NCBI GenBank assembly: GCA_002269645.1
Contig: NIVC01002693.1
Coordinates: forward strand, 85,250 to 149,249
DNA length: 64,000 nt
Direction of reading: 5' to 3'
From: Macrostomum lignano
Taxonomy: Eukaryota
The notes under the pieces were generated by a model. The model was not told the DNA's origin and ran no database searches. It worked only from the letters and a program-made list of their open reading frames with translations. Made by a program: the position numbers and the translations under genes. Positions 36,817 through 51,225 of this stretch are shown piece by piece (within the stretch, counting starts at the first letter, position 1; each line of letters starts with the position of its first letter).

Positions 36817-38469
36817 TCATGGATTCAACGGTAAGGTACAAGTAAGAGAACTTCAACAGGTATTATCCGGTTGAACCGCCAAGCGAATTCAGCTGGTATA
36901 ATTTATTGCTGAGCATGGCTTCTCATCAATAGAGGTAGCTCGTAGAAAGCGAACGTCAGCAAGTTCTGTGCGAGTGCTGGCTGACGTTTCTGTGTATTTC
37001 TGTGGTTGACACTGCAAAATGCTGCTAAATAGGACTTTCAAATGCGGATTTTTCGTTGGCACTGGGAGTCCTATTTGGTTTTTCACCAGAATCTACTACT
37101 AAATAATGGTTGCGGAGTAGATATACGAGAACTAGTACGTGCGGTCGAATTCTATTAGTTTCTCTTATACTGATTCAATATGCACGCATATGAGTATTTC
37201 TCACCTTTTACCTTTGCTTTGACTGTTTATTATCTTACAAACTTTTGAAGACTTATTTGATAATATCTCAGACGCTGTTGTAGTGTGAAGTAGTACCGAA
37301 GCCATGAATTTTTTTAAAGACTTTGTTTCGTTAGACCTCCCAATATTTTATCTGTTTCATAAATGATCGCAGTAATAAATTTTGGTAACACAGATTTATT
37401 TAATCAGTTTTGTGCGTCGCTAAATGCTAAGTTGTTTATTTTTCGTTGACTGATTGCTGTCTGTTCGTAAAACTCATGCTCTTATTTACAGTGGCTTCAG
37501 ACACTGGGTGTCTGACACTGAGTGCGCGCAACTCACTACTAACATGACCCACCTAGGCATGTCAATTAAGACGCGTTTAGACTGCCATGAAAAGTGAAAA
37601 GTGCCACCAAACCATGAGACTTATGCACGGACAGAGAAACAAGAAAATATTTAAAAGACGTGGAATCTGCACTCAAAAGCGATGTTAATCTAGTGGCAGT
37701 GTGAACGAATCTTTTGACTAAAATATTAAACCTCCGTTTGTTTTACCCAGGCTTACGCATGCTTATTCAGATTTTTGTGACTATTTATTAATCAATTTTA
37801 TGCCCCAATTTGTTTTACTTTGTGTAGCGATCTCTTATTTGCACGCCTTGATGGTGCCACGATCCCGAACTCTCATCGCACCCCAGCCAATCGCGGCTGC
37901 ACTCGTGTGATGACGTCACTGGTTGCTTAAGCAGCGGAATTCAAGGTCTGTTCAGCGGTCACGTGATGCATGCTCTTGGATAAGCTTCCCCACCCTCCAA
38001 TCCCAGTCTTGCTTGCCCGCCTTTCGAGGCGTCAATGGGAATCTGCAATGCAGCTTCATCGCTACCATGCACTTGCACTTGCCCTTTCCGACCATTTCCA
38101 GTAGGCTGACCTCCCCGATTCCTTTTACTGGCCAAAATTGTCGCCAGCTTCGGCTGGGCCAGCGGCACCGACTGCTCCGTGAACTGCGACCGACCGGACC
38201 CGCTGCTGCCAGCGACCTCACGGCCTCCCTTAGTGTCAGCGACTGCCTGTTTTTGCTCTTGTAGACTGGTATGCTCAGATGTGAGCTGGTTTGCTGATCC
38301 ATTTTTATTTCCTGATCGATTTTTACCTACAATGAATTAAAGTACATATCGTACAAAACTCAACGCTATCAACGATTTGGCGATGACTTTGGAACTGAAA
38401 ATTATTTCAGCCTATTTTTGTTTTATTTAAGTTGATTGACACGTCAGAATGGCAGCTGCAAAAGTAGGA

Positions 38470-39100
38470 GCAGAAGGAGCGGACTGCATGGACTCATACT
38501 GGAGTCAGGAGCGACACGCTCTGTCGTCGGTCAAATCCTCAGACTAAATCGAGTCCAAAGTGTAATGATTCGAGAACGAAGTCTTGATTCGCTATGCACT
38601 GGGAATTGGCTCCCGAGTGGCAGACAGGAATAAGAGATGTAAACCAGACCGTATCGTCTAGCTTTGCCATATATTTGTGGGCTCCTGGGCCCCAACATAG
38701 CCAGGTGCGCTGTGGCACGATGCATGGAACACGCGTACGAATGGTGTATACGTAGCATGGGGGAAGTGTCCAGAAGGGGTGACTCCGGTGAGTCAGTGAG
38801 GGGAACAAACAGAGTGCAAACAAGCATAGTCAGTGGGAGCGGCAGACCATATGGCCAGGGCTGCGGAGCGATCCCCAGCCCAGGCCATCACACAAAGTTC
38901 GGCCAGCAGCTCTCCAATCTTGCGATTGTAGTCAAGCTAGCCAAGGACGTCAGTCAGGAGACCATCAGTGCGTCCAGTAGTCGCGGGGAGTTTTTCCTTG
39001 ATCAGCTTTTGCAGGATGACCAATTTAGCCGCGATCCACTGACCAGCAGAGATACTGGACAGCTTCGGCTCCTGCTTTCTGAATACGAGGGAGCCTGCAT
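38470..39100 (-). pseudogene. Possible degenerate DIRS-like (tyrosine-recombinase retrotransposon) ORF1 fragment
   Basis: Minus frame reads SISAGQWIAAKLVILQKLIKE...*LDYNRKIGELLAEL, resembling invertebrate DIRS gag-like ORFs. It has in-frame stops and abuts dispersed repeat copy 2. Confidence 0.35.
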
Positions 39101-39102
39101 AG

Positions 39103-40045
39103 GAACACCCACCCCTTATGCAGAACTTCTCCTCAGAATGTGTGTCGGTAAAGCAAAGTTGGCGGGCAGCGGCGGCGTTCTCAATACCGGCGAAGAATTG
39201 TGACGCAGTTTTTCCTGCGCTTCTCTGCCGGCCAGGTTCAGCGCCAGGCGCCTCTTGCGCCCCCGCCAGTGTCCGAACGGCTGCTGTGATTGACCGGACG
39301 GCGTTGTCAACTGCAGCCTGTATCCGCTCGTACGAAAGATGCGCAAAGGATTCTTTGGCTGCGGGCCGTCAGTTTCTCCGAGAACGCTCGAGAGACAGGT
39401 AGAGAGAGGGGGAGAGTGATAGAGGAAGGGAGGGAGAGAGAGAGTTAGAGAGGAGGAGAGAGAAGTAGATAGGTAGACAGATGTAGAGCGAGATCGCAAA
39501 AAGGATGGGACTTTAGTTGAACTCAAAGGTTTTGTGCAGGCTATTTTCTGTGTGCCGTTTAAACAGTTTTTTCTGCAAGCCACGCAGCAGTTTCAATGCA
39601 CAGCAGCGCGTGCGGATATTGTAAGTTTTAGCATAGATGATTGCTACATTGTGCTTGGGTTCGTGATGACGCGTGAAGTCACAGCCAAATGTGACCGCCG
39701 CCTCCAACATCCGAGCGCCGGTAGATACTCACAGTTTTGATATTCAAAGTGAGCATGAAAATTTCTGCACTAAAATCGGCTCCATCGTGCAACCCAGTGA
39801 GCAACAATTCATACTTTATGCGTACATTCGCATGTACACGAAATACCAACGGTGTGACTGCACGACTCACCCGTATCATCCAAATCGTTGGATCGGCATT
39901 CGGACACATTACTGTTCGACCCCTGCATGACATTTACAGTTCCGGCAAACTCAGGTTATAACAAAGTCAACCAACTTTTAAAATCGCATTCGAAACTTCC
40001 GAAAATGCAGCTACCAGTGTTGTTTCACAGCTTGCTGCTACACCT
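39103..40045 (+). repeat. ~950-bp dispersed repeat, copy 2
   Basis: Near-identical to 7976-8922. Confidence 0.85.
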
Positions 40046-40061
40046 TTTTGCGTTCTATTTT

Positions 40062-41008
40062 GGCAAACTGGCTTTCATCTTCTGCAAACTGGCTTTCATC
40101 TTCGGCAAACTGGCTTTCATCTTCGACAAACTGGCTTTCATCTTCGGCAAACTGGCTTTCATCTTCGGCAAACTGGCTTTCATCTTCGGCAAACTGGCTT
40201 TCATCTTCGGCAAACTGGCTTTCATCTTCGACAAACTGGCTTTCATCTTCGGCAAACTGGCTTTCATCTTCGGCAAACTGGCTTTCATCTTCGGCAAACT
40301 GGCTTTCATCTTCTGCAAACTGGCTTTCATCTTCGGCAAACTGGCTTTCATCTTCGGCAAACTGGCTTTCATCTTCGGCAAACTGGCTTTCATCTTCTGC
40401 AAACTGGCTTTCATCTTCGGCAAACTGGCTTTCATCTTCGACAAACTGGCTTTCATCTTCGGCAAACTGGCTTTCATCTTCGGCAAACTGGCTTTCATCT
40501 TCGGCAAACTGGCTTTCATCTTCTGCAAACTGGCTTTCATCTTCGGCAAACTGGCTTTCATCTTCGGCAAACTGGCTTTCATCTTCGGCAAACTGGCTTT
40601 CATCTTCGGCAAACTGGCTTTCATCTTCGGCAAACTGGCTTTCATCTTCGGCAAACTGGCTTTCATCTTCGGCAAACTGGCTTTCATCTTCGGCAAACTG
40701 GCTTTCATCTTCGGCAAACTGGCTTTCATCTTCGGCAAACTGGCTTTCATCTTCGGCAAACTGGCTTTCATCTTCGGCAAACTGGCTTTCATCTTCGGCA
40801 AACTGGCTTTCATCTTCGGCAAACTGGCTTTCATCTTCGGCAAACTGGCTTTCATCTTCGGCAAACTGGCTTTCATCTTCGGCAAACTGGCTTTCATCTT
40901 CGGCAAACTGGCTTTCATCTTCGGCAAACCGGCTTTCATCTTCGGCAAACTGGCTTTCATCTTCGGCAAACTGGCTTTCATCTTCGGCAAACTGGCTTTC
41001 ATCTTCGG
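40062..41008. repeat. 21-bp minisatellite (GGCAAACTGGCTTTCATCTTC)n, ~45 copies
   Basis: Highly homogeneous tandem array; explains the AEDESQF and GKLAFIF ORFs. Confidence 0.95.
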
Positions 41009-41790
41009 CATCAGCTTTGGCCGCACATCCAAACTGCATTCGAATTCGACAAACCGAGAAACGATTCGGAAAACTGCACTCAATTTCGACAGCTCGAGTT
41101 TCTATTTAGACAAACTGATATTCAAATTCGGCAAACTGCACTCAATTTCGACAGCGCCAATCTAAAAGGGAATAAAGACAGAAGAGTGGGATTTCTTAGA
41201 GTCTGCTCAAGTACTGCATCTGGAGTGCAGTTAAGGTGTAATTGAACGCGCAAACAACTCCTTCGTAATTCCCCTCACGTAGCACAAGTCCAGCCTGTGG
41301 AGACATTGCCAGGCAGATGGCAGCTACTGCTTGCTGATGAGTGCACAGGTTTTTGCGCGTTCAATTACATACACCTTAACTGCACTCCAAATGCTGTACT
41401 TGTGCAGACTCTAAGAAATTCCACTCTTCTGTCTTTATTCCCTTTTAGATTGGCGCTGTCGAAATTGAGTGCAGTTTGCCGAAATTGAATGCAGTTTTGG
41501 GTTTAGATGCGTCTGTTTCCATAGACAGTCTGTGGCTCGAGGCGCTGGCTGCCGAAATTGAAGGCAGTTTGTCGAATTTGAATATCAGTTTGTCTAAATA
41601 GAAACTCGAGTTGCCGAAATTGAACGCAGTTTGTCGAATTTGAATATCAGTTCGTCTAAATAGAAACTCAAGTGGCCGAAATGGAGTGCAGTTTGCCGAA
41701 ATCTTTTCTCGGTTTGTCGAATTCGAATGCAGTTTGGATGTGCGGCCCTAGCTGATGCCGAAAATGAAAGCCAGTTTGCCGAAATGGAAT
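40985..41790. mobile_element. ~800-bp foldback/MITE-like inverted repeat with a ~75-bp spacer
   Basis: ~41010-41270 is inverted against ~41345-41790 (e.g. GGGAATAAAGACAGAAGAGTGG / CCACTCTTCTGTCTTTATTCCC). The right arm has extra subrepeats. Confidence 0.7.
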
Positions 41791-43064
41791 GCAGTTTTAA
41801 GGAAGTCGAACGCAGAAAGGTGTAGCAGTAACTATTGTATTCAGGACAAAAATCATGCACATTACTGAGCAGCTGAGCCAAATTTTGCTTTGGAAATGTT
41901 TGGGCAGTCACCGTCCTGCTTTACTGACAATTGCTGAAAAATATATACTTTGACTTAGAGTTATAAATTGTATAATAAGATTTATAGAGTTTTATAAAAG
42001 ATTAAAAAATTACTGCTTACCTTATGATGCTCGTGAGCAGAATTGTATGTAAAAAACAATATGTATAAAGTTGTAAGAGGTTTTCGCCGCCCCACTTACT
42101 GGATGCTCGTTTTTTAAAATCGTATTTTAAATTAGAAAATATCATGCTAGATAATATAATACAATACAGGCAGTGTAATATTGAATTGCTACATGTACAT
42201 CGTCAATAGCTACTACATGTGTACATGCACACTACCAAGGGTTTAAACCAGGAGCATTTTTACCCCAAGGGCCAGGTAAATAATTTTGACCACGGCGGCT
42301 TGCCAGGTGAGAGAAAAAGGAGGGATAATAGAGAGGGCAGAGAAGAGGAAAGAGGAGACGAGAGATTAGAGACAAGATGACAGGCTGGAGGCGAGAGAGG
42401 TCGAAGATTACTGAAGAGACCGTAAAGTGTTGTAATCACATCACAGGAAAACGCAAAAGATATGAAAGTCTGAAACAGCGCATATCGAATGATTTTCTGC
42501 CCTTCCAAGATAGTCAAGCGCGTTTATACGTAGAACGAGAGTTTATCACTTGGCATAGAAGCCTAAATTAGCGCTTTCTTCACAAAAGGGCAAAAATCAG
42601 TTAATACACAAGTCGAGCTGTGCTCGCTCCGATCTCCCTTATCAGGTGCTGATGCTGTTGGCAGTTCTCCCGCTCGGACCCCGGCTAGGCTGGCTTGTCT
42701 TATCGTGCAGTCACCCCTGTGTTCTCAGGTGCTTTTCGCTTTTTGCTCGGCTCGGCTGACTCTTATCGAGCCGTCTTGTGCCAGGGCAACTTTTGAGACT
42801 TTCTTGCCTCTGTGCAGACCCGCTCGTAGCCTTATTGATTAGCCATATTGCCGCAGTGCCATTCACAGGACTCGTTGTCAGCCGAACTTCTCGTTGTGAG
42901 CTGCTCAAGCGTCTCTCGTGATGTGCAGCGGCATGCTGTGAGCCGAGTCGGGTTGGTGTCTTGGACAGAGGCAAGCGTTCCAATCCAGAGACATATTTGA
43001 CTTAGGCCAGCTCCAGACTCTCTTCTTGCCCCATCAGTTATTCTCTTGCAGTGGGCAGTGGACT

Positions 43065-43592
43065 CGCATGACTCATAGGATTGCTCGCCAGGCGCCTGGG
43101 TCAGGTGCCTCGGTCAGGTGCCTGGGTCAGGTGCCTCGGTCAGGTGCCTGGGTCAGGTGCTGACAACATATGTAACATATGGCTCCCTGACCTAAAATTC
43201 CTAATCCTAGTAGTATGGCCAAACTTGAACCATCTTAGAGCCGAAAAGATATAGGGAAAACATTACTTTCGTGGACGGACTCGTGCGTTCTATTGTTTAA
43301 TATTACTTACTTATGCTCACGTTCATCCACCACTCAGGCCAAATATTCACTTATTTCAATGTCATGTAATTGAATTCATTCATCATGTCGCTCTTCTGCT
43401 TTTGAATATTGGCACCGAGTGTTCTTGTGAAAACGAGTCACATTTTCACCTGACCCAGGCCTCCGACCCAGGCCTCCAACCGAGGCACCTGACCGAGGCA
43501 CCTGACCGAGGCACCTGACCGAGGCACCTGACCGAGGCACCTGACCGAGGCACCTGACCGAGGCACCTGACCGAGGCACCTGAGTCATGCAG
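43065..43592. mobile_element. MITE-like element with inverted arrays of a 13-bp unit (GTCAGGTGCCTCG)
   Basis: The array at ~43090-43160 is inverted against ~43450-43582; outer GCATGACTCA/TGAGTCATGC pair. No TSD identified. Confidence 0.55.
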
Positions 43593-43929
43593 GCACACGT
43601 TTTTCTAAGCACTGAACCACTGTATTTTACAAAAACCAATCTACGAAATCTGTCTCTCTTTGCCCTATCCATTTCACCTGTACTCCGAAACCAACCTTCT
43701 TTATCTGTTCACCTTATCAAGCCGTCTTGCTTTTGCCTGGCCCATTTATCAGTGCTCAACCTCTCCTTAAATTGAAACGGTAAATAAAAGTTGGCTTTCA
43801 CACCCCGATATTCGACTCGTTCTCATCGGTGAGTCAAAGTAAAATTAGCAGCCCAGAATTCATTAAATTTGACTGCAAGTACACTTCTGCTGCTCAACCC
43901 TGACAAAATAGAATAACCGGTGAGTGCCT

Positions 43930-45375
<1,446 letters not shown>

Positions 45376-46619
45376 GACTTATGTTTGTTAGTCTCTCCAT
45401 TATTACCTCACCGTCATTTCGAATCCCTTCTGCATTCTCAGACGCATCTCAAACTCAGCACAGCCCCTCAGCACATCGGCAGCAATCGGGTGACTCAGCC
45501 GGCCCTTGAGCAGCCGAAGGCAGACCTGCGGCACGCAGGACTCGGGCAGCTCCATGGCTGAGGTGAGCACTGTCTGTCTACTGCGTTTTGTATAAACTGC
45601 AAAATTGGCGGACATATATTAATCTGGAAGAATTTCTGCTTATTCCATAGTTAATTCATAAAATCTGCATTTTGCTCTTTTTATTACCTCACGGCTATAG
45701 TTATATGAGTTTTGTATTTGAATTTCCACGTAAACTTAGCATAGTTGTTATTTTTAAATACATTGTGCTTCATAATAATCTCGTATCCTGAAACCCTTTG
45801 TCTCAGTATTTGTACTTATTAGATTTCACCCTCTACATATATTTGGAAATACAAGATTTGCATCTTCGGCTAAGAATCATGCCGTTTGTGTTTGCTTGCG
45901 TTATGCGCAATCGATGCACCCAGGAGCTGCCGCGAAGTCGACAAGCAGCTCAGTGGCGATTTGAGTCGCAGCATTTCAGACCTGCCTGATCCACAAGGGC
46001 GAGCACATGGCGTCACATCACATGTCAGCACCTTAGGCAGCAACCCGGACAGATACGAAAGCAAGAAAGCACGAACGCTCGAACTCGATCAACCTGGAGC
46101 AGACGAGAGGATGCGTCAAATGAGTCATACATATCGTCTAGTCTTGACACAACAGTTAGAGCAGGGTGCGTCACATGGCGCACCGCAGAGCCTGAGAGCG
46201 GACGAAGTCCGCCCTGTTGGCAGTGTCGGGTGCCCCGGCGTCGCGTAGCCGGGGCGCTGCACCGTAGGCATTGCACCGTCTTGAGACAGCAGCATTCGTA
46301 TCGCTACAGATTTCCATCGCAGCGAAAACCAGCTACGCGCTTTACCAGCATTTCTTCGGTTGAGTGCAACGTAACTTCCGGTACCTCCACGCTTGCCGCC
46401 TAGCGCAGGGATGATGTCGTTATGGGCTCTCAGGAAGGCCAAGAACTAGGGGTCATTGATCGATCCGCAAGCAGACTTCCTCTGTGCCTGTACAGCTATC
46501 CGCCTCGGTGTGGATGCGCTGCAATCGCGCATTTTGTCCGTCGAGTAGCGAATTCGGGTGTTATTTGGGTGAATTCGAATCATTCACGTACGCGTACAGG
46601 AGTAAAATTCCTGCTCATC

Positions 46620-47145
46620 TGTACGTGCTCTAGTCATTCCTGCACACCTGCGCGTGCTCCAGTCATTCCTGCACACTTGTGCGTGCTCCAGTCATTACTG
46701 CACACCTGTGCGTGCTCCAGTCATTCCTGCACACCTGTGCGTGCTCCAGTCATTCCTGCACACTTGTGCGTGCTCCAGTCATTACTGCACACCTGTGCGT
46801 GCTCCAGTCATTCCTGCACACCTATGCGTGCTCCAGCCATTCCTGCACACTCGTGCGTGCTTCAGTTATTCCTGCACACTTGTGCATGCTTCAGTCATTC
46901 CTGCACACTTGTGCATGCTTCAGTTATTCCTGCACACTTGTGCATGCTTCAGTCATTCCTGCACACTTGTGCATGCTTCAGTTATTCCTGCACACTTGTG
47001 CATGCTTCAGTCATTCCTGCACACTTGTGCATGCTTCAGTTATTCCTGCACACTTGTGCATGCTTCAGTCATTCCTGCACACTTGTGCATGCTTCAGTCA
47101 TTCCTGCACACTTGTGCATGCTTCAGTTATTCCTGCACACTAGTT
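46620..47145. repeat. 29-bp minisatellite (CCTGCACACTTGTGCATGCTTCAGTYATT)n
   Basis: About 18 copies; a left block (GTGCTCCAG) and a right block (ATGCTTCAG) of variants. Confidence 0.9.
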
Positions 47146-48280
47146 GCTAGCCGCTCCTGCACTAGAGAAGGGTTATAAAACAAGCGGACTGGGGATCGAT
47201 TGTTAATATCATAAAATTGCACATAGATGTACATTACGTTGCATATTAAAGAAAATATATAGCATGATTAAAGAAGGTAGCTTGACGCTACAGCCCTACA
47301 GACGCTCTTAAATAATCAGGACGCCACTGATAAAATCCGATCGATGCTCGTCAATGTGTAGCGATTACTCAATATCCATCCAGCGTTTCCAGAATACCCT
47401 CTTGTCTTTCCGGCCTTGAAGGCTTTCTCGCAGGGAGTCACAAAGAACAACTGTGGGAGTACCCGGAACTTCATTCAGATTCCTAGTGGAGAGCATTGTC
47501 CCGTTAGTCCGCTAACTAGGAGAGTAGCTTTTTTATGTTAAATTAACGCACATAATTAACATGTATACCAAAGTCCTTATTTACGATGTTCTGTCTTCGT
47601 CCGCTAGAGTAATTGTTACCGACATTAATCATTGATTTTTGCGGCAAACATACTCAGTGTGCAGGAATTCGATCACATCGATGTTCGACGTCTATATTGT
47701 GTGCTTTTTTCTCACCGAGTTCGACGCCTAACACTGGGTCAGGGTGTGATTTTTGGCTTGCTTTTTGCAATCGCCCAGGCTGGGTGACCACCCAACCACC
47801 CTCATCCCAACTGGAGTGCTGCTTCGTCAAAATTGACTCAGAATTGGTGAAAATTTCATTAGAGGCCGATTTTTCTATGTATCTCCTGTGCACGCTGTTG
47901 ACAAGGGCCACTAGAAGAAGTCAAGTTAGGCCTAGTCACTAGTTAGCTTTAAACTATAATTGCTAAATGATATAGCTATAGTAACTAAAATAATATGAAG
48001 ATCAATTATTCATGAAAAAATCTTCATAAAATCCGTTGAAGCAACATGTTTTGTAAGTTATATCAAAAGAAGAGCTTTGTATCTGCCTCCAATAAAAAGC
48101 TATAACCATTTTAAAGTGAAAAATGGAAAATTTTCTATCTCGCTAATGTATTTTTCGGTGAAAATCAGCCTTTAATAAATTTTCCAAGAAACGAAGTGGC
48201 CCGTCCTTCTTCTTCCAGTGGTCCTTGGCTATTGATCGTAAGATATGCTTATTTTGTCGCAGCAAAGGCGTCGACAAAAA

Positions 48281-48684
48281 GGGGGGGGTTTCACAAACTC
48301 GAAATTTCACAAGATCAAAATTTCACAAGGTCGAAATTTCAGAACATCGAAAACTCAAATAGCAGCCACTTTCACAAGGTCGAAACTTCATAAAGTCGAA
48401 ATTTCACATGGTCGAAATTTCATAACGTAGAAAGCCACTGTATGGTTCTTGGTATATTAAATTTTCGACGTTGTGAAATTTCGAGCTTATGAAGTTTCGA
48501 CCTTGTGAAAGTGGCTGCTATTTGAGTTTTCGATGTTCTGAGGTTTCGACCTTGTGAAATTTCGACCTTATGAAATCCTTTGCTAAAGTTTTCGATGTTG
48601 TGAAATTTCGACCTTGTGAAGTTTCGACCATGTGAAATAATTTACTTTTCGACGTTGTGAAATTTCGACCTTGTGAAAGCACCC
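48281..48684. mobile_element. ~400-bp MULE-type MITE with modular TIRs and a 9-bp TSD
   Basis: CGACAAAAA on both sides (48272-48280, 48685-48693); G-rich termini; arms made of inverted TTTCACAAGGTCGAAA subrepeats. Confidence 0.75.
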
Positions 48685-49169
48685 CGACAAAAATCATTAT
48701 AAAACGAAAGATACAACTCTCGATCTATATCTAGCTATATATAATAAAATCAAATAAGGATGCAATATAAAAATATTAATACGCTGCACCTGTTCTAACA
48801 CCAGCCGATAATATCCTGCAACGATTATAAAGCATGAAAACTACTTCTATTTCGGCTATGCATACCAAGACGAAAATCGGCCTCCAACGAATTTTCCACG
48901 AAAGTTGAGTCTAGCGTCCTATATATACGTCACTTTAGTCGTCCTTGGTTCATCAATTTCGATATCTTGGCGTTCTACAGCTAGCCGCGTTTTGGTAGGG
49001 CCATAAAATATACGACTGACTTAAAAAAGCTGCACAGGCAACCGGCAGCATTGCCTTTTCGGGAAAAAGAACTCCTAGCTAGAAAAACTGCTGACATGGC
49101 GAAAAGCTCCACTCACTGCCCGTCAGCGCATCGGCAAAAAAGTGGCGGCACTCGCTGCACCCGCATACA

Positions 49170-49560
49170 GCTCGTCAGGCTGTCTTGGGCGGCTTCGACT
49201 TTAAAGTACAGCAGGCTAAGAACATCGGTCTAGCCAAGCACACTGTCTGTCTTTCGACTCTTCTGATCTGTTTGTGTCCACATCTGACGGTCTGCATGGT
49301 TGATAGGAAGAGTAGATGGCGGCACCCAGTTAAGGAACGAACAAATAGGAATGTCGCTTTCTCATATCGCGCTGGAGTATGAGCAAGAACATGTCGAAAA
49401 GAAGTCGGAAAGGCTGCCAGGTGATGACACGGCAGCTCATCGACATGACAGCGCTCTGCCACTTTACAGTCGCATAGCACGGCACTGACGACCAAACCGA
49501 GACGAAACGTTTTTCGTCGTAATTTAGCAATATGTTGTGGCCTGCGCCACAATGACCTCA
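49170..49560 (-). pseudogene. Diverged fragment homologous to the 5' part of the Harbinger remnant at ~33200-33520
   Basis: ATCGGTCTAGCCAAGCACACTGTCTGTC vs ATCGGCCTAGACAAACACACCGTCTGTC, plus shared TTCTCATATCGCGC and GGTGATGACACGGCAGC. Confidence 0.6.
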
Positions 49561-51225
49561 ACCATTTTTTGTGCATGCGAACCGCCCGGTCTGCCGCCCT
49601 AGCCGGTTCTGTCTGGTTTGAGCTGGTTCAGCCCGGTTTTGGTTTTGGGCAGCCGGCGTGTGCGCGGATTGGCTGGCTGGGCCGGCAGACCCTCTCTTTT
49701 CTACCCCCCCCCCCTCGTGGAGCCTTACCCAGCGCGTGCTTTGATTGTCTGGGCTAGGGTGGGGTGCTCGCAGGGTTCTGTTCTGTGTGTATTTGCGCTC
49801 AGGCCGGTTTGGCCCACTCCCCCATTTTTCTGCATACTATTTATTAGCTGGCTTGGAGCCGGCCGGTGGCACGCGCTTGGTTTTTGTGGTTAGGGCTACA
49901 CCAGCGACTGAGTAGGAGAACTACTGTAAAAGTACAAAACTGCACGAGCCCAGTGAACTCTCGAACAGCGCACCACCAGCGAATCCGTGCCACCCGCCGT
50001 CTCCGAGCTACCAGAACAGTTATTAAAACGGCTAAATAAACTGCGCCACGCCGTATGAGTCGGTTTGACCCCGCCCGGTGAGCTTAAATTACGTTTGTTC
50101 GGGTTGCGTTCGCGTTTTTTGGGACTCTCTGCACGTGTCTTCCCTCCATCCTCGCCGCCTCATCGCTTCACCTACTCACCCCCTTGCTCACCTGCACTCT
50201 TCGATTGGCTTATTGGCTTGGAGTGTCTGTATAAGGATGGTAATCAACCGATATTTAGGGACTATCGTAGGAACTATTAGGAATAGGACTTAGGATTTAG
50301 GAAATTAGGGAATTGCATTGTTATCAGAGCGTGGTAGAGTGTAGCAGTTGTGGACAGCTGCACTCTTACAAAAAGCCACAAGTGCTTGATGACGGCATTG
50401 CAAAGGGCGAGTGCAGGCCGCCCTAAAAGTCTGCTTCCACTTTAGAGGGGTTGTATGCCTTTATGTCGGGCGGGGTTCAATTACATTTTTAACAGAGACA
50501 TTTCAGAAATCGCACGAGAAAGGGGAACCGTGAGAATCGGCCGGAATTGCGCGGTGGCTGGAAGACGTGGGAAATGATAACGCAGACAGTTTCACAGGGA
50601 CTTCATCGGGGAAATTTACTATAAATAAGCGAGGGGTTAAATGTCTAAAACTTTACTTTTTCACTCTCTTTTCACTCTCTTTTACACGCCTTGTATTAAC
50701 TTTTGGATTGCTTAATAGTTTGTAAATCACGACGACCGCTTCTGCAGACACCTGTGACCGGAGGGTAAGACTGAGCACTGCCATGACTATAGATTTATGA
50801 ATAGTAGCGTATCGGTCTCAGACCAGGTAGATAGGCGTAATTTATATATATATATATATATTAGATTAATAGGAGTATTTGAGTAGCTTAGTTATACCGT
50901 AGTGTCTCAGACTTATTCTCCCTACTTGTAGCTCGCTTATTTGCTTATTTACTTATTAATACAAACGTTGAAAATGCAGTAGTAAAAATAATTATATGGT
51001 TGATCGGTAAATAACATCCAAGCATATTCTACCTCGGTTGAGTTACTATTAATCATATGTAAGGTTCTTAGTTTGCGGCCAACTAGGAAACTTATAGTCT
51101 GTACGCCCCAGCTAATCCATCACCTCGTATCTCTTGATTGGTCCGGAGTGTCTGTACGCCCCGGCCAATCCTTCACATTCACCTCGCTTCCTCATTCACC
51201 TCGGTGACTCCCGGGCCGGCTCTGA

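Noticed and set aside
39888-41165. 333-425 aa ORFs in four frames (AEDESQF, GKLAFIF etc.)
   Set aside because: They are a product of the stop-free 21-bp array; there is no independent coding evidence.
50319-50340. TGTTATCAGAGCGTGGT, a PBS-like string
   Set aside because: It lacks the required TGG start, and no paired LTR or gag was identified nearby.
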